DNA of 64,000 nucleotides from an uncultured Methanosarcinales archaeon. Its GTDB lineage: Archaea; Nanobdellota; Nanobdellia; Woesearchaeales; CAXGTL01. This document shows, in pieces, positions 34,927 through 44,494 of this stretch. The notes under the pieces were generated by a model, which was not told the DNA's origin, made no database searches, and was given only the letters and a program-made list of their open reading frames with translations. A program made the translations under genes and the position numbers. How positions within the stretch are numbered: the first letter of the stretch is position 1; each line of letters starts with the position of its first letter. The DNA is taken from positions 88,155 through 152,154 of the forward strand of contig CAZYAB010000002.1 of the NCBI GenBank assembly GCA_964645705.1. Reading direction: 5' to 3'.

Positions 34927-36819
34927 TCACTTCAACCTAATGGCTTCCAAATCCCTAGGACAAGTAGTCTCTAACCTATATTGTTTATGCAAAGAAGAAG
35001 CTAAGTCTAAACACCTGGAATTCTCGCCATGATTAATTATGATCTTTTTAGGTCTAGGATCACATTTTCTCACAAAATTCATCAACTCATTTCTATCAGC
35101 GTGATTAGAAATTTCAAGAGCACTGTGTATTTGTATTTTTAATTCTAACATTTCTGTTTTTTGCCCTTGTTTGAAAACAATCTCTCGCTCGCCTCTTTGT
35201 ATTCTCTTACCAAGCGAACCTTCGCCTTGGTAACAAGAAAATATTAATGAATGTTTTTTATCAAAACCAAGCTCACGAAGATATTGAACACTTGGTCCAC
35301 CTATCAGCATACCAGATGTTGCTAATATAACACAAGGATTTTTTTCTAATATTAAATCTTTTCTTTCTTTTTGTGATCCTACTCTTTTGAATATTGGTGA
35401 TAAAAAAGGATTATTGTCTTTATGAAATATTTGTTTTGTTATCTGACGATTCAAGAATTCAGGATATGCAGTATGAATAGCAGTAATATCCCAGACCATC
35501 CCATCTATGTATACTGGAATTGCTTTCATCTCTTTATTTCTCACCATTGACTCAATCATCATCATTATTTCTTGTGCTTTTCCAGAACCAAGAACAGGCA
35601 TCAGCACTTTTCCCTTTCTTGCAATAGTATCTATTATGCATTGTTTTAATTTTTGATCTGCTTCTGTTCTTGTCAAATGCACGCAATCCCTTCCACCATA
35701 AGTTGATTCCATCATCAATGTTTCTAATCTTGGAAACTTTGTTGCCGCACCTTCTAACAACTGTGTTCTGTTGAATTTAAAATCCCCTGTATACAAGACA
35801 TTGTGCAAACCATTTCCAATATGCAGATGTGCCATTGATGAGCCTAAAATATGTCCTGCATTATACAATGTTAATCTAACATCAGGAGTTATATCAGAAA
35901 CTTCTTCATAATCCAAACAAATTGTATGTTTAACCATTTCTTTGATATCATCAGTTTCATAAATAGGATTTTTTCCTTCATTCTTCATAATCTTTACAGT
36001 GTCTAATTGTAACAATGACATTACATCTCTTGTTGGTAATGTACAATATACAGGCCCTTTATATCCATATTTAAATAAATAAGGGACCATTCCACTATGA
36101 TCAATATGAGAATGAGTAACAATAACAGCATCTAGTTCATTTATATTAAACTCAGGTGATTCTAAAAAAGGATAAGCATGTGTTTCAGATGCAACATTAA
36201 TACCACAGTCTAATAAAACCCTGGATTCTGGTGTTTGCAACAGTATGCATGATCTTCCAACTTCTCTTCCACCACCAAGATAAGAAACTCTAACCCATTC
36301 TTGTTTTCTGCCTCTTATCCATCCATCATAAATTCTGTGCCCTGCTTTGTTCAAGAACTTTCTTCTTTCATCAGAATTTTGATAAAGAACTGCACGAATA
36401 TTTTCAATTAATTTTGACCTTATTGAAGGTGTTCTTTTTATCAAAGGAACCCATAATGTTTTTCCTCTTATCTGCCTTAATAGTGAACCTTGTTTTCCAA
36501 TTGCCAGACCTGGTTTTTCAGCATGAATAATCACTTCAGATCTCTGTGGATCAAATATTATATCAGAAACTTTTGCTTCTTTTGGAACTATTTCTTTTAT
36601 TTGTTTTTCAGCTTTTTCCATTTCCATGCAAATAGAAGGATCTGGTCTAAGTTCAATTCTTTTCTTGAATTCATCAACAACTTTTTTTATTGTTCCTTTA
36701 TTATCTAAGAAATATTGTTTTTCTTTTGTATATACGACTATGTTTGCAGCTTCAAAACTAACATCACTAATTTTTCCACTAGGCAATCTTTTTGTAATCT
36801 CCTTAAGTATGTCTGGCAT
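34927..36819 (-). CDS. fttA: Beta-CASP ribonuclease aCPSF1 / transcription termination factor FttA
   Basis: Two KH domains (KPGLAIGKQG), GGGREVGRSC, HSHIDH, AGHILGS, MESTYG and HGE motifs. Start placed at MPDILKE. Confidence 0.95.
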   Translation of the reverse strand: MPDILKEITKRLPSGKISDVSFEAANIVVYTKEKQYFLDNKGTIKKVVDEFKKRIELRPDPSICMEMEKAEKQIKEIVPKEAKVSDIIFDPQRSEVIIHAEKPGLAIGKQGSLLRQIRGKTLWVPLIKRTPSIRSKLIENIRAVLYQNSDERRKFLNKAGHRIYDGWIRGRKQEWVRVSYLGGGREVGRSCILLQTPESRVLLDCGINVASETHAYPFLESPEFNINELDAVIVTHSHIDHSGMVPYLFKYGYKGPVYCTLPTRDVMSLLQLDTVKIMKNEGKNPIYETDDIKEMVKHTICLDYEEVSDITPDVRLTLYNAGHILGSSMAHLHIGNGLHNVLYTGDFKFNRTQLLEGAATKFPRLETLMMESTYGGRDCVHLTRTEADQKLKQCIIDTIARKGKVLMPVLGSGKAQEIMMMIESMVRNKEMKAIPVYIDGMVWDITAIHTAYPEFLNRQITKQIFHKDNNPFLSPIFKRVGSQKERKDLILEKNPCVILATSGMLIGGPSVQYLRELGFDKKHSLIFSCYQGEGSLGKRIQRGEREIVFKQGQKTEMLELKIQIHSALEISNHADRNELMNFVRKCDPRPKKIIINHGENSRCLDLASSLHKQYRLETTCPRDLEAIRLK

Positions 36820-36852
36820 ATATTTTTCCCCACCCAATCTTGGTAGAACTAA

Positions 36853-37488
36853 TTATTCTTTTAATCTTGTATCAAGTTCTTTTTCAATAACTCTTTTAAC
36901 ACCATCTTTGGTGATTGTCAATACGTCTACTCCGTTTCCAGAAGCAATGTCTCTTTGCATTGCAGCATTCACAGATTTTAATGCAAGCTTTACTCCTTCA
37001 TCAACAGTCATAGCTTCTTTATATAATGTTTCTAAAACACCAAAAGCATAAACAGATCCTGACCCAGAACATGTGAAATCTTTGTGTTCTGATAATGATC
37101 CATCAGGAAAAATATCATAAAGAGTAAATCCAGAATTATCAACACCAGCAAACAAGAAATGAGATATTCCTGGTATTGTTGAGAACTTTCTTATGTTTTG
37201 ATAAACTAGTCCTGCTAATAAGTTAGCAGTTTCTTTAACAGTAGGATCTCTATCAACTCTAATAGATTTTAGCTTTATCTCTGCCCTTACTAGTTTAACC
37301 ATGAGCTGTATATCAGAAACAGTGCCTGCTGTTGTAAGAGCCATTTTATTAGTGATTTCGTGTATTTTTTGTTCTTTTTTATGCATTACTAAGTATCCTG
37401 CCGTTGCTCTTTTATCAGCAGCTAAAACTATTCCATCTTTACATACAATTCCTATAGTTGTAGTACCAGTTTTCAGAGTTTTTTCCAT
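36853..37488 (-). CDS. psmB: 20S proteasome beta subunit (archaeal)
   Basis: Short propeptide then G/TTTIG, AADKRAT, GSGS and RDIASG motifs. Adjacent to aCPSF1, as in many archaea. Confidence 0.95.
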   Translation of the reverse strand: MEKTLKTGTTTIGIVCKDGIVLAADKRATAGYLVMHKKEQKIHEITNKMALTTAGTVSDIQLMVKLVRAEIKLKSIRVDRDPTVKETANLLAGLVYQNIRKFSTIPGISHFLFAGVDNSGFTLYDIFPDGSLSEHKDFTCSGSGSVYAFGVLETLYKEAMTVDEGVKLALKSVNAAMQRDIASGNGVDVLTITKDGVKRVIEKELDTRLKE

Positions 37489-37551
37489 ATTCTCAACCTC
37501 TTACGAGAATTCTATATGTAGTTAGGAAGGGGTTATTTATAAAGCTTACGC

Positions 37552-39003
37552 TTAATAACTCTTACCAAAATACATCCAAACCTTGCTCTTTTTACCACAA
37601 TGCACACATTTACCTTTATCTTTTGGTTGTTTAAATGGAATATTAAGTGTTTTAGCACCGCCTGTTTTATCCTTTATCCAGTCTTCACATTCTTCTTCAG
37701 CACACCACGGTGCAAATGCCAGTTTACCACTTGTCACTATTTTTTTTAATTCATCAAAATCTTTTGGTTTAACAATATGTGATTCAAGATAATGTTTTGC
37801 TTTGACAAACATGTCATGTTGCATTTGGTTTAGCATATCTTTAACTTTAATAACAACATCATTCGATGAAACGAATTCTTTTTTACCACTGTCTCTTCTT
37901 ACTAAAACCACTTGATCTTTTTCAACATCTTTTGGTCCTACTTCCAACCTAATAGGAATTCCTTTCAACTCCCAATCATTGAATTTAAAACCAGGCGTTA
38001 CATCAGAACGATCATCAATAATAGGTTTATATTTTTTTAATGATTTAAATATTTCATCAACTTTTGACATAACTTTTTCTTTTGTATCCTCTCTACATAT
38101 AGGCACAATGACAATTTTTTCTTCAGCTAATTTAGGCGGAACAACAAACCCTTTATCATCAGAATGCACCATTATCAACATTCCCAACATTCTAACACTT
38201 ATACCCCATGAATTTTGCCAAGCATATTTTTCTTTTTTATCTTTATCAATAAATTTAATATTAAATGCTTTTGCAAAGTTTTGGCCTAGTTGATGAGATG
38301 TCCCCCCTTGTACTGCTTTTCCGCTTGGCATCAATGACTCAACTGATAATGAAAAATCAGCTCCTGCGAATTTTTCTTTTTCAGACTTTTTCCCAGTTAA
38401 AACAGGGATACAACATAATTCTTCAAATGTTTTCTTATATAGTTTTAGTATTTTCTTAGTTTCTTGAACAGCTTGTTTTCTTGTTGCAAAAACAGTGTGC
38501 CCTTCTTGCCATAAAAACTCTCGGAATCTAATCAAAGCAACAGGATGCTTGAATTCCCATCTGACAACATTATTCCATTGGTTGATACGCAAAGGTAAAT
38601 CTCTGTAAGACCTTATCCATTTTGCATAAAAAGAGTACATTATTGTTTCGCTTGTTGGACGTATAGCCAATCTTTTTGGTAACTTAGACGAACCGCCTTG
38701 GGTTACCCAAGCAACTTCTGGTGCAAAACCTTCAACATGTTGTGATTCTTTTGTCAAAAGATGTTCAGGAATCAGTAATGGAAAGTAAGCATTTTTCACA
38801 CCATCTTTTTTTATTAATTTATCAAAATAAGCTTGAATCTTTTCCCAAACAGAATAAATCCTTGGCTTTAGAACATAACAACCAGAAACTTCAGAATAAT
38901 CAATTAAGTCAGCTTTTTTAAGAACTTCAGTATACCACTCTGAAAAATTCTCATCTTTCTTAACAGTAATTCCAATATCTTTTTTTTCCTTTTTCTCTGA
39001 CAT
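37552..39003 (-). CDS. proS: Proline--tRNA ligase, archaeal/eukaryotic type
   Basis: IRPTSET, VVRWE, EFLWQEGH and QNSWG motifs; C-terminal Zn-binding domain ending FGKSY. Confidence 0.97.
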   Translation of the reverse strand: MSEKKEKKDIGITVKKDENFSEWYTEVLKKADLIDYSEVSGCYVLKPRIYSVWEKIQAYFDKLIKKDGVKNAYFPLLIPEHLLTKESQHVEGFAPEVAWVTQGGSSKLPKRLAIRPTSETIMYSFYAKWIRSYRDLPLRINQWNNVVRWEFKHPVALIRFREFLWQEGHTVFATRKQAVQETKKILKLYKKTFEELCCIPVLTGKKSEKEKFAGADFSLSVESLMPSGKAVQGGTSHQLGQNFAKAFNIKFIDKDKKEKYAWQNSWGISVRMLGMLIMVHSDDKGFVVPPKLAEEKIVIVPICREDTKEKVMSKVDEIFKSLKKYKPIIDDRSDVTPGFKFNDWELKGIPIRLEVGPKDVEKDQVVLVRRDSGKKEFVSSNDVVIKVKDMLNQMQHDMFVKAKHYLESHIVKPKDFDELKKIVTSGKLAFAPWCAEEECEDWIKDKTGGAKTLNIPFKQPKDKGKCVHCGKKSKVWMYFGKSY

Positions 39004-39156
39004 TTAAAACACAGCACCGCAGTTTTTGCAATACTTATCATTACCTAATTTCTCAAAATCACAGCTACCACACATAATACACTCAGAAACACCTCTGTAA
39101 GGTTGTTTTTTAGGTTTTGTGAATTTGGATTTTAGTTTATTTAGTATGTTTTTCAT
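39004..39156 (-). CDS. Small zinc-ribbon protein, 50 aa (not in the ORF track)
   Basis: Reads MKNILNKLKSKFTKPKKQPYRGVSECIMCGSCDFEKLGNDKYCKNCGAVF* with CxxC...CxxCG. Its stop abuts the proS start. Confidence 0.7.
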   Translation of the reverse strand: MKNILNKLKSKFTKPKKQPYRGVSECIMCGSCDFEKLGNDKYCKNCGAVF

Positions 39157-39210
39157 TTTAGATAGGGTATGGCAGGCTTATATATAAATGTTGTATATTA
39201 TTTTTCAGGA

Positions 39211-40326
39211 TTATTTCTTTTTCTTCTTTTTTGTCAACTTAGCTCTTATCTCACTCAATCTTTTTAATCTTGTTTCTAGTGTACTAATCCTGTTTCTTAA
39301 TCTTTTGAACTTATATTCAAGTTCCTTTTTAACAGACCTTTTCTTAACTTTTTCTAATGCTTTTTCAAGATTTTCCTTTTTTCTTATTAAATCTTTTAAT
39401 TCTGTTTCTAATTTTTCTTTTGTTTCAAGAATTCTTTCACTTTTTCTTCCTTTTTCAAATACAAGTTTTTCAATATCTCCTGCTCTTTTAGTAATTTCTG
39501 AGATTTTTTCTTCTGCTTTATACTTAGCAATAAACTTTCTTTTCTTAATGTCTCTTATATTTACAAAATTAGGTGACACAATTTCAATATTTGCTTTACT
39601 GCATTCATCTAATACTTCTTTTTTTAACTGACTTGTCAAACCAATTATTTTATCAACATCTTTTAGAAAACCATTTATCTCATATGTAACAGAAAAATCA
39701 CCTAATTCTAGTACACTAACAAAAGCTTTTTTTAGACCAACATTTTTTGCAGCTTTTAGTAAAACAATTTCAACTTTTGTCCTAGGAAGATCATAACCAA
39801 GACTTACTGTTGTAGAAATAATAGCACCTTCTTGACTTAAATTAGTCATTTTTTTTGACATTATCAAGCTATTCGGAATAGTAACAAGTGTTCTTTTTCT
39901 TGTTTCTATTTCAGTATGAAACATGCTAAGTTCTGTAACTTTACCAAGCGTTCCTTCGAACTCAATTATATCTCCTATTTTATATTGTTTCAGTGATTTA
40001 ATTAATACACCAGACATACCATTTGCAATAAGTGTTGAAGAAGAGAATGCAACCATACCACTCATCACAAGCAAGAATATCTGTATCATTCCTTTTTGTA
40101 TTCCAGGAATATTTAATAAAAATAAAATAACAGCCATAACATAGATTCCTATTTTTATTGTATATTTACTGAATACTGATTTATATCCAAATTGTTTTCT
40201 TATGAAATTATATATCTTGTTTGTCAAAAAATTAGCAAAAACAGTTAAGATTATTATAGTTAAAACATTAAGAATATTAGGTAAATACGGCTTTATTCCT
40301 TGAATTATTGACTCAATGTTGATCAT
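39211..40326 (-). CDS. MscS-family mechanosensitive channel with C-terminal coiled coil
   Basis: TM helices, YKIGDII..GTLGKV and TLVTIPNS motifs. Confidence 0.85.
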   Translation of the reverse strand: MINIESIIQGIKPYLPNILNVLTIIILTVFANFLTNKIYNFIRKQFGYKSVFSKYTIKIGIYVMAVILFLLNIPGIQKGMIQIFLLVMSGMVAFSSSTLIANGMSGVLIKSLKQYKIGDIIEFEGTLGKVTELSMFHTEIETRKRTLVTIPNSLIMSKKMTNLSQEGAIISTTVSLGYDLPRTKVEIVLLKAAKNVGLKKAFVSVLELGDFSVTYEINGFLKDVDKIIGLTSQLKKEVLDECSKANIEIVSPNFVNIRDIKKRKFIAKYKAEEKISEITKRAGDIEKLVFEKGRKSERILETKEKLETELKDLIRKKENLEKALEKVKKRSVKKELEYKFKRLRNRISTLETRLKRLSEIRAKLTKKKKKK

Positions 40327-40657
40327 TAATATAATTTATAGAATAATAGTATATAAAGCTTTGTTGTTACTTTAGAATTGTCATCATTAACAAGAATCTT
40401 GTTTAACAAACATCAATGGCCTTTTTTTCATTCTCATAAAAACATGACCATTACGTATTTCTATTTGTCTAAACTTCATGACAAGACCTTCAATCTTTTG
40501 AAAATTAAATAAAATAATATACACCCCCCACAATTTTTGAGTCAAATACCACTATATGCACTCTTGTATTGTACTTATTATAATAGTAATTTTGCTTTAA
40601 AAGTCTTTTGATTTTATTGTGGAAAAAACTACACTAATGTAAATTAAAGTAGATTGA

Positions 40658-41500
40658 TTAAAGAATTTGAGCAACTACCACACATATAAGAATCACTATT
40701 CCTGCAATCATTTTCTTCATCTCAAGCTTTTCTTTTAACCAAAACAATGCATAAATATAAAGCAAGATAGGCATGAGTGTCATTATCAGCATTGTATACA
40801 CAACACCAAACTTTTGAAAACTATAATATGTTAAAACTAGCTGAATAATTATCAAGATTTGTGTAATAGTTAAATGAAAAAATCTTTTCTTGCCTAATGA
40901 AACAATATTAGGCCTAAAATATATAACCAGTATAATCATTATAAAAAAACATCTTATAAAATACAAACTAAAAGCATTATATGTATTAAGCAATGATTTA
41001 ACAATTACATTTTCAACTGCAAAAAATACCATTGCGCCCAATATCATCAAAGCACTTTTATGAAATTTAAGATGATGTTTTTTTACATGTGACAAAACTA
41101 ATGCAAGAGAAGCAATCAAAGCAGGAATAAGTATGTAAGGATTTCTTTCATCAGCATATACAATCGCAGAAAACAATATTGTAAACATATTACCAAAAAC
41201 AAGTAATGCATCTGTTTCTGTTAATTGCTCAGACTTCATTCCATGAAAAAGCCAAACATTTGCAATTGTTCCAATAACAACCACAACCAATAACAATATA
41301 ATATTAATTGGTAGAAAAAAATTATAATTAAACTCAAATAAAAATGGGGATATAATCAGCATTAACAAAGATAATAAAATAAAAGACGCAGCTGTAAACA
41401 ATTTATAATTAACTTTTTCCTTAGAAAGTATGAACTTATTAAGAAACATTTCTAATGAACCAGACACAGCTGCAATTGTTGGTATTATGAATTGAAACAT
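40658..41500 (-). CDS. DMT/EamA family transporter
   Basis: About 10 TM helices in two repeats; WLKEK near the C-terminus. Confidence 0.75.
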   Translation of the reverse strand: MFQFIIPTIAAVSGSLEMFLNKFILSKEKVNYKLFTAASFILLSLLMLIISPFLFEFNYNFFLPINIILLLVVVVIGTIANVWLFHGMKSEQLTETDALLVFGNMFTILFSAIVYADERNPYILIPALIASLALVLSHVKKHHLKFHKSALMILGAMVFFAVENVIVKSLLNTYNAFSLYFIRCFFIMIILVIYFRPNIVSLGKKRFFHLTITQILIIIQLVLTYYSFQKFGVVYTMLIMTLMPILLYIYALFWLKEKLEMKKMIAGIVILICVVVAQIL

Positions 41501-41501
41501 T

Positions 41502-42401
41502 TTACATAGCCATTAATTTATTTATCCTCTCATTTATATTTGGGTGTGTTGAAAATAAGCTAACTACAAATCCTTTTTTCTTTCTAAAAGGAGTTGAAAT
41601 AAAAAGATGAGCAGTTGCTTTGTTTGCTTTATCAACCAATGGATCAGGATCTTTAGATATTTTTCTCAAAGCACTTGCTAAACCAGGGGGATATCTTGTC
41701 ATTACAGCAGCACTTGCATCAGCCATAAATTCCCTTTTTCTACTTATTGCAAGTTTTATCATCTCACCTATTAATGGTGCTAGTATTGCTAATACAAAAC
41801 CGACTATTACCATTATAGCTGCTAACTGACCACTGCCTTTTGATTTTCTTCTTCCTCCACCATATGCAAATGTTCTTAATAAAAAATCACTAAGTAATGT
41901 TGCAATTCCTACTAAAACAGCTGCCAACATCATCATCCTTACATCATAATTTTTTATATGCGACATTTCATGCGCAATCACGCCTTCTAATTCTTGTCTA
42001 TTCATCACTTTTAATAAACCAGTTGTAACTGTTATAGATGCATGCTTAGGATCTCTTCCTGTTGCAAATGCATTCAAAGCACTATCATTTATTACATAAG
42101 CTTTTGGCGTAGGAATGCCTGCTGATATAGCAAGACCTTCTAATGTATGATATAGGTAAGGATATTCTTTTTTTGTAACTGGTCTTGCATCAGACATTTT
42201 TAATATCATCTTGTCTCCTGAAAAATATCCAAATAAAGCATAAATTACTGCAAATGCAGCTGCAAAACCTATACCAAACCCAACACTGCCATACACATAC
42301 CCTATAACATAGCCTAGTACAGTAATCAAAACAATAAAAAAAATCATAAGAACTATGGATTTTATCTTATTCTTTCTTACTTCATCAAACATTATTACCA
42401 T
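41502..42401 (-). CDS. htpX: Zinc metalloprotease HtpX (M48)
   Basis: NAFATG, HEMSH, SRKREFMAD and FSTHP motifs. Confidence 0.93.
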   Translation of the reverse strand: MVIMFDEVRKNKIKSIVLMIFFIVLITVLGYVIGYVYGSVGFGIGFAAAFAVIYALFGYFSGDKMILKMSDARPVTKKEYPYLYHTLEGLAISAGIPTPKAYVINDSALNAFATGRDPKHASITVTTGLLKVMNRQELEGVIAHEMSHIKNYDVRMMMLAAVLVGIATLLSDFLLRTFAYGGGRRKSKGSGQLAAIMVIVGFVLAILAPLIGEMIKLAISRKREFMADASAAVMTRYPPGLASALRKISKDPDPLVDKANKATAHLFISTPFRKKKGFVVSLFSTHPNINERINKLMAM

Positions 42402-42406
42402 TTTAC

Positions 42407-42961
42407 TTAGAACTTGACCTTAACATTCTTTTTTTCTGAAGAACTTGCTTTAAAAGATTGTTCTGCAGTAAAACCTAGCATTTTTGCAAACAGATTATTG
42501 GGAAATGTTTGTATCTTTGTATTAAAGATCATTACCACATCATTATAATGCTGTCTTGAATATGCTATCTTGTTTTCTGTTCCTGTTATTTCTTCTTGCA
42601 ATTGTAAAAAATTCTCATTTGCTCTTAACTTAGGATAATTTTCAGCAACAGCAAACAATGATTTTAATGTTTGTGTTAATTGATTAGAAGCTTTTGCTTT
42701 TTTCCCAATATTTTTTGCAGACATTATAGCAGATCTTGCTTTTGTAATGTTTTCAAGCAAAGTTTTTTCATGCCTCATGTATCCTTTTACAGTTTCAACT
42801 AGATTTGGTATAAGATCATTTCTTCTTTTCAACTGCACATCGATTTGTGCAAAGGAATTCCTAAGTTGATTTCTTAATCTAATAATACTGTTATATAACC
42901 ATATAACTCCTAATAATAGAAAAACTACAACTACGATTGCTATAATTGTTGAAGTTAACAT
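42407..42961 (-). CDS. lemA: LemA family protein
   Basis: IDVQLKRRNDLIPNLV and AVAENYPKLRAN motifs; upstream of htpX. Confidence 0.95.
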   Translation of the reverse strand: MLTSTIIAIVVVVFLLLGVIWLYNSIIRLRNQLRNSFAQIDVQLKRRNDLIPNLVETVKGYMRHEKTLLENITKARSAIMSAKNIGKKAKASNQLTQTLKSLFAVAENYPKLRANENFLQLQEEITGTENKIAYSRQHYNDVVMIFNTKIQTFPNNLFAKMLGFTAEQSFKASSSEKKNVKVKF

Positions 42962-42986
42962 TTTTACACCTCCAGTTTGTGTTTTA

Positions 42987-44171
42987 TTAAATCATGCCTA
43001 GCCATATAGCTATAAACATACATATACCTAATAATAATATAATAACACCAGCTATTAAATGCAATACTTTAAGTTTTCTTTGTCTCCATTCTTCTGCTTT
43101 TTCAGTTGTTGTAAAACCAAAACATATTGCTAATGTTATTAACAGCATAGGTAAAATAAAAATAAGATTATATAATACTAGTAACCACAAAGCATAAGTT
43201 CTTGTAGCTGCTTGTGCAAGTAAACCTAATATTACTATATAAGGACCAGATGTACATGGTAATAAGAACAATGAAACAACAAATCCAATCATAAAAGCAC
43301 CAGGCACAGAAGTAACACCGCGTAAAACAGCTTTCATATGCGGTCTCCAGCTAAGAGGTACTTCCATTATAAACCATTTACCATACCAAAGATAATCTTT
43401 TAAATTAAACAACCCGATTATAACTGCTAAAACAGCGACAGTAATATAAAAACCACGAGTCAAACCACTTGCTTTAATAGCTGAAAACAAGCCAATTCCC
43501 ATTAAGAAATATGAAATAAATATTGATAATGTAAATGCTAATCCTGCAAATAATGCTTTTTTTCTAACACCAGTAGCAAGTATAGTTGTCAATAAGATTA
43601 TTAACACAGCAAATGCACATGGATTTATTGCATCAACAAGAGCAGCCATGACAACTGCTGATATTGTTAATGATTTTAACTGCGCATTTGGTTCATCTGG
43701 ATCAACTTGTTCACCAGGTCCAATTGTTTGAGTAATATCTTCTTTATTAATTTGGCCAGAAATACAAACATCAACACAATCATTAATTTCTTTTGCAATA
43801 TTTTCATTATATCCTACAAAAACTTCTTCACTTGTGAACACAACAGGTATGCTTATTCCATTATCAACATCAAGATCATATTTTTCAGCATATTCAAAGA
43901 ATAATTCTATGTTTTCTCTGATTTCATATCTTTCAATTACTAAATCAGGATGTTCTTGTTGTAATTCATCAAGAAACAATTGCATTTTCACACAATAAGG
44001 ACAACCAGGTCTTCCAAAATAAACTAATTTTATTTTATTACTTGTTTCATCTTGGCTCTGTTGATTATTACTAAATACATTATTATCAGAATCACCTAAT
44101 ACTTGAGCAAAACACATAGACAAAACTAATAAAAATAATACTATTATTGTAGTTAGTTTTAATTTATTCAT
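42987..44171 (-). CDS. Glutaredoxin/thioredoxin domain fused to a CcdA/DsbD-like membrane domain
   Basis: Signal peptide, GCPYC, then a TM domain with DAINPCAF and LLPCTSGPY. Confidence 0.85.
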   Translation of the reverse strand: MNKLKLTTIIVLFLLVLSMCFAQVLGDSDNNVFSNNQQSQDETSNKIKLVYFGRPGCPYCVKMQLFLDELQQEHPDLVIERYEIRENIELFFEYAEKYDLDVDNGISIPVVFTSEEVFVGYNENIAKEINDCVDVCISGQINKEDITQTIGPGEQVDPDEPNAQLKSLTISAVVMAALVDAINPCAFAVLIILLTTILATGVRKKALFAGLAFTLSIFISYFLMGIGLFSAIKASGLTRGFYITVAVLAVIIGLFNLKDYLWYGKWFIMEVPLSWRPHMKAVLRGVTSVPGAFMIGFVVSLFLLPCTSGPYIVILGLLAQAATRTYALWLLVLYNLIFILPMLLITLAICFGFTTTEKAEEWRQRKLKVLHLIAGVIILLLGICMFIAIWLGMI

Positions 44172-44293
44172 ATTACCCCTATTCTCTGAATTATTCTTTA
44201 CTATTTATATATCTTTTGATTGTTTTTAATAAGATAGAAATATAATTTTAATAAAAAAACAGAAAAAACAAAAAAAATAAAAACAAAAAAGAT

Positions 44294-44494
44294 TTAGGAA
44301 GCTTCTCCACCTAATCCTTCATCAATATCATCTATTGATGATCCTACGTCTCCAACATCTTCGCCAAGATCTGAAACAATTTCAGATGCTTCTTCATCAG
44401 ATTCAATATTGCTTTGAGGAGCACATCCACTGCTCCCTGCTAATATTACTAATAAAAGCATAGTTATTATCAATAAACAAATTATTTTTCTCAT
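44294..44494 (-). CDS. Small acidic lipoprotein
   Basis: Hydrophobic leader ending SGC; followed by a long U-rich tract on the minus strand. Confidence 0.65.
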   Translation of the reverse strand: MRKIICLLIITMLLLVILAGSSGCAPQSNIESDEEASEIVSDLGEDVGDVGSSIDDIDEGLGGEAS

